Origin: Candidatus Scalinduaceae bacterium
GTDB lineage: Bacteria; Planctomycetota; Brocadiia; Brocadiales; Scalinduaceae
Reading direction: 5' to 3'
DNA: 27,762 nt
Assembly (NCBI GenBank): GCA_046759445.1
Contig: JBHICG010000044.1
Span: 1 to 27,762 of the forward strand
Position 1 is the first letter of the stretch. Each line of letters begins with the position of its first letter. The position numbers were made by a program, and so were the translations under genes. The notes beneath the pieces are model-generated. The model had not been told where the DNA came from. It searched no databases and was given only the letters and a program-made list of their open reading frames with translations. Below, in pieces: positions 9,280 to 17,377 of this stretch.

Positions 9280-9723
9280 TTAGAGAGCGACCCTTCAAGT
9301 TACTAACCTTAACCCTTGGAGCTAGTACAAGAGCATCTGCTTTGCCATCAGAATTTACCCATAAAACTGGCAAATCGTCCAAGTGGCCCTCCAGATAGGA
9401 TCCTAAATGTTTTCCTGTAATTGCTGGATCGTAGTGGCTGCCTACTCCTAATCCCGGAATCATTTTCCCACCTTTTTCTTTTGGGCTACAGTCAGGATTC
9501 TGATGAACATGAAATCCATGGAGACCTGTAATGGTCCTTTCAAGAGATGGACTTAACAGTAACCAATCGGGAGTATCTTCCGCAATTATGTAACCAATCT
9601 GTTTATCATAAACTATAGTTTCAGATAATTTAAAAACTGGGATTTCAACTATTCTGCATACGACAAAGGTGTCAAAAAAATTGAAACAAACACACATGTT
9701 CCTAATTTATTAAAAAGAATCAA
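9268..9723 (-). pseudogene. sodC: Cu/Zn superoxide dismutase pseudogene
   Basis: HGFHVH..PDC, GSHYDP, KHLG, HLDDLP and GRSLII motifs. GGAGG + TTG 9723 gives a signal peptide that stops at TAG 9651-9649 (frameshift). Last Cu ligand His reads Tyr; C-terminal GGDN...RIACG segment absent. Confidence 0.88.
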
Positions 9724-9756
9724 TATATAGCCTCCATTTTAAAATATTTTATTGGT

Positions 9757-10104
9757 TTATTCAGTCTTTAGTAAGTTGCCACAGCCTGTACCCTTTGTAC
9801 CCATGCCACAAATTGGGCACATCTCATGAACTGGTTCACCAACAGGTTGTTTCCACTCGTCACCATAGCATCCACAAAAATATACATTCATTTTACCTTT
9901 AGTTTCCTTTTCTTCCACAGTTGTTTCTTCAGCTTTTGATTTCTCGGCATTATCCAGCTTAAAAATATACAACGTTTCAGCATTTATACCGTAATATTGT
10001 TCTCCAGCAGAAGTATCTAAAGCAATTGATGTATTAGCGGAAAAGAATAAATTACATGAGAGAAAAAGAGCAACAAATATATAAGTCCTTAGATTCACAA
10101 ACAT
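9757..10104 (-). CDS. Exported hypothetical protein with C-terminal Cys cluster (CGC...CPICGM...GCG)
   Basis: AGGAGG RBS, signal-peptide-like N-terminus, charged linker, five C-terminal Cys. Confidence 0.75.
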   Translation of the reverse strand: MFVNLRTYIFVALFLSCNLFFSANTSIALDTSAGEQYYGINAETLYIFKLDNAEKSKAEETTVEEKETKGKMNVYFCGCYGDEWKQPVGEPVHEMCPICGMGTKGTGCGNLLKTE

Positions 10105-10192
10105 TTTATTAACCCTCCTTTAACTTATCTTTTTTCTTGCCTGGTACTCAGGTTTATTTTATTTATACTTTTACATATTACTTAAGTAAAGC

Positions 10193-10207
10193 GCAATGCT
10201 TATACCA
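10193..10207 (-). promoter_or_regulatory. sigma54 (-24/-12) promoter
   Basis: Minus strand TGGTAT-AAGCA-TTGC, about 90 bp upstream of ATG 10104. Confidence 0.65.
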
Positions 10208-10977
10208 ATAAACGATAAAAATACAAGATTATAGTACAATATAAAGTAAGTATTGTTATAAAAAAAGATCATGACATATTATGCTATACTATAGAATAAC
10301 TATTAATAAAATGTTTGCACCATTAATAAATTGTTAAATTCAAAAAATTGGAAAACTATTCTAATACATTAGAATTAGAAGATATGGAACTTGGCAATCA
10401 TTCCACTGCTATCAACAAAGTTACAGAAGTAGGTAAGAACAGTGCAGTGCAAGAGCCAGCCTAGATGACACTACACCAGTTGCCTGTTGTGCATTTTGTT
10501 TATCTATTTTATTTTTTGCTGATAATGCGTTACAATATTAATATATTGCTATAATTTATTAAAATTTTTTTTACAAGATACTAATAACTTAATATTTCTT
10601 AATCTTTTTATTTTACATATTTAATTTATAACAACATCGTCTTAAAACATTAATGCTTTTCTTTCCAATACGAGTTTAAATAAACAGATAGTCACAATTC
10701 CAAATACATAGATTTTAATTCTAATAAATTTGAAAAAATAGACATTTATATAGGGCCGACATCCGTTCGTTGACATATAGAATATCCAATTCTAAGTTTT
10801 AAAATGCTGGAGAATAGTAAATTAATAAATTTAAAACTATTTTCTAATAAACCTATGTATACTTTGTGACTATAATTGTGTTAAGGTTTCAACAAAAACA
10901 TGATACGCTGGGTGAGGGAGTAAACTTTTTACTACTAGCTTATTAATAAGGAGTACATTTATTAATTTCTGTTTTTT

Positions 10978-10992
10978 TGGCACGTTAATTGA
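10978..10992 (+). promoter_or_regulatory. sigma54-like promoter (variant -12)
   Basis: TGGCAC-GTTAA-TTGA (GA instead of GC), 65 bp before ATG 11058. Confidence 0.5.
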
Positions 10993-11057
10993 TTTACTAT
11001 CTAAACATACGAAAAACCATATACATTTCTAATTCATTAGATAAAAGGAAGGTAAAT

Positions 11058-11573
11058 ATGCTAAAAAAACTTCTAAAGATGAATCTATTTTTAATAATAA
11101 TTTTATTTTTTACAAGCGCTATAACAACTGCAAAGGAATCTCCAAGTGACGAGGATATAGATCGAGCTAGAAAGATGGTGAAGTTGCTTGATGATTTATA
11201 TAAGACATTTATTGAACTTATCACAGAAGAATATGTCAAAAACCCAGCTCTATTGCCCGCGGCAACCCTGTCTAAAAGGGTTTTTGAGGTGATGGAAGAA
11301 AAGGGGTGGCATAAGGCTAGACTACTGGATGCAACTGGCACTCCATTTAACCCAGATAATAATCCTAAGGATGCATTTGAAAGAGATGCAATTAACGCCT
11401 TTGCTTGGGGAAATTCATATATTGAAAGGGTAGAGAATATCGAAGGTAAAGATTATTTAAGGGCGGCTACAAGTTTAACTGCCGTTACAGAAGGATGTAC
11501 GATTTGTCATCCAGGCAAAAAGGTTGGTGATTTACTAGGAGCAATTTCGTATACCATTCCTTTGCAGGAATAA
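11058..11573 (+). CDS. Exported monoheme c protein, DUF3365/Tll0287-like
   Basis: Signal peptide; P.NPDNNP.D.FE..A, YLR, CTICH, K.GDLLGAIS motifs; AAGGAAGG RBS before ATG 11058. Confidence 0.85.
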   Translation: MLKKLLKMNLFLIIILFFTSAITTAKESPSDEDIDRARKMVKLLDDLYKTFIELITEEYVKNPALLPAATLSKRVFEVMEEKGWHKARLLDATGTPFNPDNNPKDAFERDAINAFAWGNSYIERVENIEGKDYLRAATSLTAVTEGCTICHPGKKVGDLLGAISYTIPLQE

Positions 11574-11638
11574 AACAATTAATTATCGTAAGAGGAAAAT
11601 AAAGCTTTTATAAATTTTTTTATGGAGGGTAAAAAGAA

Positions 11639-12001
11639 ATGACATTATTTTGTAAGTTAAATAAACCTGAAGATGTGGAGGCAGATTCTCCATTAGTCAA
11701 GAAACATGTACCCGTCATTACTATACCTCAGGTCTTAAAGGCTGGTGAATTTCACGAAGCAAAGATTAAGGTCGGAGAGATAGAGCATCCAAATGAAAAT
11801 GAGCATTTTATACAATGGATTGAATTTTATGTCGGAAATGTATATCTGGGTAGATTTGATTTTGCACCAGTAATGACAAAACCTGAGGTAACCATACCCA
11901 TTCAATTAGGACATCCTGGACTTGATTCGACATTAAGGGCAATAAGTCGTTGCAATCTTCATGGACTTTGGGAAGGCACGGTTCAAATAAAAACTGAATA
12001 A
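11639..12001 (+). CDS. Superoxide reductase-like (class II SORL / neelaredoxin-type) protein, copy 1
   Basis: KKHVP, HPNENEHFIQWI, CNLHGLW: His4Cys iron site; GGAGG RBS. Confidence 0.9.
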   Translation: MTLFCKLNKPEDVEADSPLVKKHVPVITIPQVLKAGEFHEAKIKVGEIEHPNENEHFIQWIEFYVGNVYLGRFDFAPVMTKPEVTIPIQLGHPGLDSTLRAISRCNLHGLWEGTVQIKTE

Positions 12002-12074
12002 AGACAGTTAACTATTTTCAAGCAAAAGGAATATAATCACCTAACATATCATACAACCATATGTATAGTAAATT

Positions 12075-13529
12075 ATGATCCTTTGCAAAATAAAAACGTT
12101 GATTAGCATAACAAACAAACAATATCGTATAGAGAAAGACACTTTAGGTGAAATAAATGTACCTAAGGAAGTGTATTATGGTGCTCAAACTGTCAGGGCA
12201 CTAGAAAACTTTCCAATAAGTGGCATAAAGCCACATCCAATATTTGCCAAGTCTATGGTATACATAAAAAAAGCTGCAGCAACTGTAAATAAGGAACTTG
12301 GGTGCCTTAGTAATGATAAGGGCGAATCGATTATAAAGGCTACAGACTTGATAATTGATGGTGAATTCCAAGATCAATTTGTTGTAGATGTTTATCAGGC
12401 TGGTGCTGGCACATCTTTTAATATGAATGTAAATGAGGTAATAGCTAACATTGCGATAGAGTCTTTAGGTGGAGGAAAAGGTGACTATTCTGTAATTCAC
12501 CCAAATGACCACGTCAATTTTGGGCAATCAACAAACGACGTATTTCCAACAGCTATGAGGATTTCGGGATTGTTGCTGTTAAAGGAATTATTCCCTGTGG
12601 TGGATGAGCTTGTAGATTTACTCAACGAAAAGGCAGAGGAATTTGACAAGATTGTTAAGTCAGGAAGAACACATTTACAAGACGCAGCACCAATAAGACT
12701 TGGCCAAGAATTTTCTGGCTATGCGGACGCTGTTTCTAAAACAGTAGAGAAGATAGAAAAAGCAAGTGATGCATTAAAAGAATTAGGCATTGGTGGCACC
12801 GCAGTAGGAACAGGACTTAACACACACCAGGACTATACAAAAAAGATTATAAAAGAACTTCAGAAAATCACAACTTTGGATTTAAGAGCAGCTTCTAACC
12901 GTTTTGAGGCTATGCAAAGTAATGCGCCTATTGCAGAAGTTTCAAGTGCCTTAAAGGTGTTCGCAATAGAGTTAATAAGGATTGCAAATGACATACGTCT
13001 GATGAGTTCAGGACCTAAGACTGGTCTGGCAGAGATAAATTTGCCAGCAGTACAGCCGGGTTCTTCAATCATGCCCGGTAAAGTTAACCCTGTTATAGCA
13101 GAAATGTTGAACATGGTTTGCTTTTCAATCATAGGAAACGACCTCACAATCACTATGGCCTCTCAGGCAGGTCAACTTGAATTAAATGTAATGATGCCCG
13201 TTATGCAATATAAACTTCTAGATTCTATTTCAATGATAACAAATGCACTAAAGGTTTTTATAGCCAAGTGTGTAAAAGGGATTAGGGCAAATGAGGATAA
13301 ATGTTACCAATATGCCATTAATAGCATGGGTATCGTAACAGCTTTAAATCCTTTTATTGGATATTCAAATGCAGCAGAGGTAGCAAAGGAATCTCTGTTA
13401 AAGGGTGAATCTATAAGGGAAATTGTATTAAAAAAAGGTTTAATATCCGAAGAAATGATCGATAAAATACTTTCACCTGCATCAATGACTGAACCTGGTG
13501 TCACTCAAACTAGCAATTTAAAAACCTAA
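12075..13529 (+). CDS. aspA: Aspartate ammonia-lyase / class II fumarase family (start uncertain)
   Basis: YYGAQT.RA, QAGAGTS.NMN.NEVIAN, GRTHLQDA, GSSIMPGKVNP, GQLELNV; the GAGTS variant favours aspartase over FumC. Confidence 0.8.
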   Translation: MILCKIKTLISITNKQYRIEKDTLGEINVPKEVYYGAQTVRALENFPISGIKPHPIFAKSMVYIKKAAATVNKELGCLSNDKGESIIKATDLIIDGEFQDQFVVDVYQAGAGTSFNMNVNEVIANIAIESLGGGKGDYSVIHPNDHVNFGQSTNDVFPTAMRISGLLLLKELFPVVDELVDLLNEKAEEFDKIVKSGRTHLQDAAPIRLGQEFSGYADAVSKTVEKIEKASDALKELGIGGTAVGTGLNTHQDYTKKIIKELQKITTLDLRAASNRFEAMQSNAPIAEVSSALKVFAIELIRIANDIRLMSSGPKTGLAEINLPAVQPGSSIMPGKVNPVIAEMLNMVCFSIIGNDLTITMASQAGQLELNVMMPVMQYKLLDSISMITNALKVFIAKCVKGIRANEDKCYQYAINSMGIVTALNPFIGYSNAAEVAKESLLKGESIREIVLKKGLISEEMIDKILSPASMTEPGVTQTSNLKT

Positions 13530-13630
13530 TTTTTTTTTAAATATTAAGTAGTTCATCAAACAAGGTTAAAGATTAATATTTTTTTAATCGGTTGATTACT
13601 GTATAAAAATACTTTAAGCTAAAAAGCAGG

Positions 13631-14215
13631 ATGAGTAAGGCATTAGGAATAGCTGGCAGTCCAAGAAAAAATGGGAATACTGAATTACTTTTAAAAGAAT
13701 TTTTACGAGGTGCTAAAACCAGTGACATTTATACTGAGTTGTATATTTTAAGTGAACTTAATATATCACCATGTACGTCTTGCGATTCCTGTCAGAAGGA
13801 TGGACAGTGTGTAATCGATGACGATATGCAATTGATGTATTGTAAACTTTTAGAAGCAGATTATGTTGTTTTAGCGTCTCCTATTTATTTCAAAGGCGTC
13901 AGTTCACAGATGAAGGCATTTATCGACCGTTGCCAGGCACTCTGGTCAAGAAAATATATTCTAAAACAGAAATTAATTGGCCCTGATAGGTCAACGCGCA
14001 TAGGGTATTTTATTGCCACTGCAGGATCAACAGGTGACAGTAATGTTTTTAGAGGGGCAATAACTACAATAAAGGCTATCTTTCATGTACTTGACATAGA
14101 ATACAAAGGCGAGCTATTATTTCACGGTATGGAAAAGAAGGGAGATATTATCAAACATCCCAACGCATTACAGATAGCGTTTGAGACGGGAATATCTTTA
14201 AAAAAAGATACTTAA
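13631..14215 (+). CDS. Iron-sulfur flavoprotein / NADPH-dependent FMN reductase family
   Basis: GSPRKNGNT, CxxCxxCx5C (CTSCDSCQKDGQC), DDM, ASPIYF, KAFIDR. Confidence 0.9.
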   Translation: MSKALGIAGSPRKNGNTELLLKEFLRGAKTSDIYTELYILSELNISPCTSCDSCQKDGQCVIDDDMQLMYCKLLEADYVVLASPIYFKGVSSQMKAFIDRCQALWSRKYILKQKLIGPDRSTRIGYFIATAGSTGDSNVFRGAITTIKAIFHVLDIEYKGELLFHGMEKKGDIIKHPNALQIAFETGISLKKDT

Positions 14216-14255
14216 TAAGAATTTTCAGAATTTGTTAAACAAATAAAGTAGTAAA

Positions 14256-14870
14256 ATGGTGAAATATATAAAAAATATCAATATTATAAGTTTTGTTTTT
14301 ATTCTTGTTCTCTTGTTGGGTACATTGGAAGCCGAGCAATTTGACCTTCAAAGAAACGAATCAAAGTTACAACCAGAATTAGAAGCTACAGAGCCTGATG
14401 TATTACAAGAAACCTATTTAAGGGGAAATAGAGAAGAAAAAGGTCAACAATGCAGTAGTGAGGTTGCTTCTCCATTGGGAGAAGAATGTTCTTACTGCCA
14501 CAATGACGAGGCAACAGTCTTTACGGAAAAAGGAGAGAAGACAAAAGAGATGATGAAGGCGTCGGTGGCAATTGGCGTACGGTGCGATTACTGCCATGCT
14601 GGAAAAGAACAGTTTACTGAGAAAAAAGAAATATCAGATAAAATGTTTGAATTGTCAGAAATGATGGGCACAGAATGTAAATACTGTCATGCGGGAAAGG
14701 ACATTCTTACACTTGAGGGAAAAACTGCCAAGACAGCAATGATATTACAAGAATGGGCCAAGAATGGTAATAAGAAGTGCCTGGAATGTCATGTGGAAAA
14801 GAAACAATTTGAACTGAATTTCCATGGATGGGAAGTATTAAATACCCAGAAAGGACTACTTGGCCTGTAA
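14256..14870 (+). CDS. Exported tetraheme c-type cytochrome with tandem heme repeats
   Basis: Signal peptide; CSYCH, CDYCH, CKYCH, CLECH. Confidence 0.9.
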   Translation: MVKYIKNINIISFVFILVLLLGTLEAEQFDLQRNESKLQPELEATEPDVLQETYLRGNREEKGQQCSSEVASPLGEECSYCHNDEATVFTEKGEKTKEMMKASVAIGVRCDYCHAGKEQFTEKKEISDKMFELSEMMGTECKYCHAGKDILTLEGKTAKTAMILQEWAKNGNKKCLECHVEKKQFELNFHGWEVLNTQKGLLGL

Positions 14871-14981
14871 AAAGAGACTGTTTTTCCCTTTATGTTTCAA
14901 GATAAGGAGGTAGTGAAGAAAGTTGTGTTTATATTTATTTTTGAAACAAAAACTTTTATATTTTATGGAGGAGTTATTTTT

Positions 14982-15176
14982 ATGATAAAAGTAAAAACGT
15001 TCGGTTCACAGCTCAGAATATTTCATGTAAAAGAAGAGTTAGAAACACTTGACAAGACTGTTAATGAATTTATAAAGAAAAACAAAATAAAAAAGGTTAT
15101 ATCTGTGAGCGATTCAACAACAGCTAATGTTGACGGTGGAACGATAGGGATGATACGTGTAATTGCCTACGAATAG
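14982..15176 (+). CDS. Small hypothetical protein (64 aa)
   Basis: GGAGGAG RBS before ATG 14982; VKTF...LD..VNEF...VISVSD pattern of a small alpha/beta protein. Confidence 0.75.
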   Translation: MIKVKTFGSQLRIFHVKEELETLDKTVNEFIKKNKIKKVISVSDSTTANVDGGTIGMIRVIAYE

Positions 15177-15208
15177 AAAATAAGTAACTAAGAAGGGAGA
15201 AAAAAACA

Positions 15209-15550
15209 ATGATGTTTTCAAGGATATTTATAATATTAATCATACTAGTTGCCACAGGTTATTTTGTATTACCAAAAATAATAGCTGATGAGATTGATGC
15301 ACAAGCATTGTTCAAAAAGCACTGTAAAATATGTTATGGAGAAGATGGTAAGGGGAAAACTGATCTGGGAGAAGGACTTGGTGCACGGGATTTTACTGAT
15401 AAAGAGTTCCAGGATTCTATTACTGATGAAGAGATTATAGAGCAGATTACAAATGGAACACCGGAAAAGATGTTTCCCTTTAAGGATAAACTTACACCAG
15501 AAGAGATGAAGGCATTGGTTCCTTTTATAAGGGCATTTAAAGGAAAATAA
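15209..15550 (+). CDS. Class I (c6-like) cytochrome c homologue with CxxCY instead of CxxCH
   Basis: N-terminal TM/signal; LFKKHCKICYGEDGKG, DFTD..FQ...TDE.I...ITNG, KMFPF; paralogous to the next gene. Confidence 0.85.
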   Translation: MMFSRIFIILIILVATGYFVLPKIIADEIDAQALFKKHCKICYGEDGKGKTDLGEGLGARDFTDKEFQDSITDEEIIEQITNGTPEKMFPFKDKLTPEEMKALVPFIRAFKGK

Positions 15551-15671
15551 CTTAATCAAAGATTAAATTACGAGTACCGATTTTAAAAGCCATTTATATA
15601 GTAAGATGCAAATTAAGTGAATGTTGAAATTCGGAAATGATTAAATATAATTGTATGGAGGAATTGAAGAA

Positions 15672-16028
15672 ATGAAGAGAGCAATTATTTATAGTTTTGT
15701 AATTACATTGATCTTATCTTTAACGCACTTTAATTTATCAAGTGCCTTTGGCGAGAGAATAGATTACAAAAAGTTATACAGAAAACATAAATGTATTAAA
15801 TGCCATGGCTGGGATGGGAAAGGGACTAAAAGAGGCAAGAAACTAGGCGCTCAAGATTTTACAGATGCTGAATGGCAGGCTTCTGTAACGGATGAGCAAT
15901 TAATCAATTCTATAACTAACGGAAAGAAAAAAATGCCAAAACAGGGAGGTAGTAAAATGACCCCGGAAGAGATTAAGGCGATGGTAAAATATGTAAGATA
16001 CTTTGCCCCGAAAAAGAAACGCAGATAA
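15672..16028 (+). CDS. Class I monoheme cytochrome c (His/Met)
   Basis: GGAGGA RBS; signal peptide; CIKCHGWDGKG, DFTD..WQ, ITNG..KMP. Confidence 0.92.
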   Translation: MKRAIIYSFVITLILSLTHFNLSSAFGERIDYKKLYRKHKCIKCHGWDGKGTKRGKKLGAQDFTDAEWQASVTDEQLINSITNGKKKMPKQGGSKMTPEEIKAMVKYVRYFAPKKKRR

Positions 16029-16219
16029 ATTTTCTTTATCGAGATTAAGAAAATTATTTAGTAAGAAAGGTGAGAAGAAATTGAATGTACATAGTAAATT
16101 TAGATTTTTTCATAGTTATTCTTTTCTCGCTTTTTATTTCGAACCATATAGTGTGCAGATAGACAGGTTATAATAGACTAAATTAACCTCAATGACCAAA
16201 AAAGAAAAGTATTCGGAAT

Positions 16220-16417
16220 ATGAGCAAAAATATTGAAACGGATATAAATAATTTAAAAAAGGCATTAGAAAAGAAGGAACATTCAATTGAACGTTATTCA
16301 GACCAGATAAAGGTTTTTGATGACTCTTCAATTAATTCTCTCCTGGAGGGCATTTTACATAATGAGATAATCCATAAATCAGAAATTGAGGAAGCAATTA
16401 AGCGGTTAGGTGGATAA
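16220..16417 (+). CDS. Half ferritin/rubrerythrin-like two-helix protein
   Basis: L..ALE.KE.SI..Y...L..I...EIIH pattern (ExxH); weak RBS. Confidence 0.65.
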   Translation: MSKNIETDINNLKKALEKKEHSIERYSDQIKVFDDSSINSLLEGILHNEIIHKSEIEEAIKRLGG

Positions 16418-16521
16418 CCTTTGGCATATTACCTGGTTCCTATAACAAAGATGTTTTACACTTAAACAAAATGAAATATACAAAAATAAGATACTTATGA
16501 CAACTAATAATGGAGGATGAA

Positions 16522-16878
16522 ATGCGAGAAGGATTTAAGACCGTTTTAGAATTCTTAGAGAGTAATATAGAAGTAGAAGAAGAACAAGGGCATCTTTACA
16601 ATCAATGTGTAAATGAATCAAATGATGCAAAGGTTAAAAGAATTTTTTATAATCTTGCAAGGGCTGCAAGAGGGCATAAAGACGCTTTAAAAAAAATTAT
16701 AACTAATATTGAAGCAGATGATCATACGATAAGTCATTACTGCTTGGTGTGTGGTTGGGCGGTTGATTTTGGGAAAAGTCCATCCATAGGCAATGAAGAA
16801 AGATGTCCTCTATGTTGCCAGAAATTTGCATTAGTGGAAACAGATGGTGATTATGCATTAAAGGCTTTACCTCAATAA
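16522..16878 (+). CDS. Half ferritin-like domain + C-terminal CxxC...CxxC metal ribbon
   Basis: GGAGG before ATG 16522; EVEEE...LY, F..LA.....H..AL; CLVCG and CPLCC. Confidence 0.8.
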   Translation: MREGFKTVLEFLESNIEVEEEQGHLYNQCVNESNDAKVKRIFYNLARAARGHKDALKKIITNIEADDHTISHYCLVCGWAVDFGKSPSIGNEERCPLCCQKFALVETDGDYALKALPQ

Positions 16879-16943
16879 AGCTAATGAATTCTACAATTAT
16901 CAAATATTTTTTTTAAACTTGCAATTATAAAGGAGAAAAAGCG

Positions 16944-17312
16944 ATGGCGAACGAAAAAGATTTATTATCAGGCGTCAATATTCCAGAAGACATTAACAAT
17001 CTCACAGACACAGAAAAAAAACATCTCCCTGTTATTGATGCGCCTGCTTCAGCTAGTATAGGCCAACCAATCAATGTTACTATAGAAGTGGGCAAACAGC
17101 TTAACCATCCTAATGAACCAGCTCACCATATCGAATGGTTAGATCTTTATGAAGACAAACTATACCTTTCGAGAGCAGACTTTACTGGTGGCAAGGTTAA
17201 TCCAAAGGTTACTTTTGAAATAAGTCTCAAGAAAAGCGGTACCCTTCGTGCGTTTGCATGCTGTAATCTGCATGGAATATGGGAAAGTAGGAAAGACATT
17301 AATATAGTATAA
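16944..17312 (+). CDS. Superoxide reductase-like (class II SORL) protein, copy 2
   Basis: EKKHLP, HPNEPAHHIEWL, CNLHGIW; AAGGAG RBS. Confidence 0.9.
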   Translation: MANEKDLLSGVNIPEDINNLTDTEKKHLPVIDAPASASIGQPINVTIEVGKQLNHPNEPAHHIEWLDLYEDKLYLSRADFTGGKVNPKVTFEISLKKSGTLRAFACCNLHGIWESRKDINIV

Positions 17313-17377
17313 AAAGATTCAGGAACAGACACACAAGTTATTGACAAGCTTACATAACCGAGCGTTCACACTTCTTA

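Noticed and set aside
10300..10900. Possible gene remnant in the long intergenic region
   Set aside because: Only short open stretches, no motifs.
16421..16436. TTGGCA motif as a sigma54 promoter (also at about 20731)
   Set aside because: No TTGC at the -12 position.
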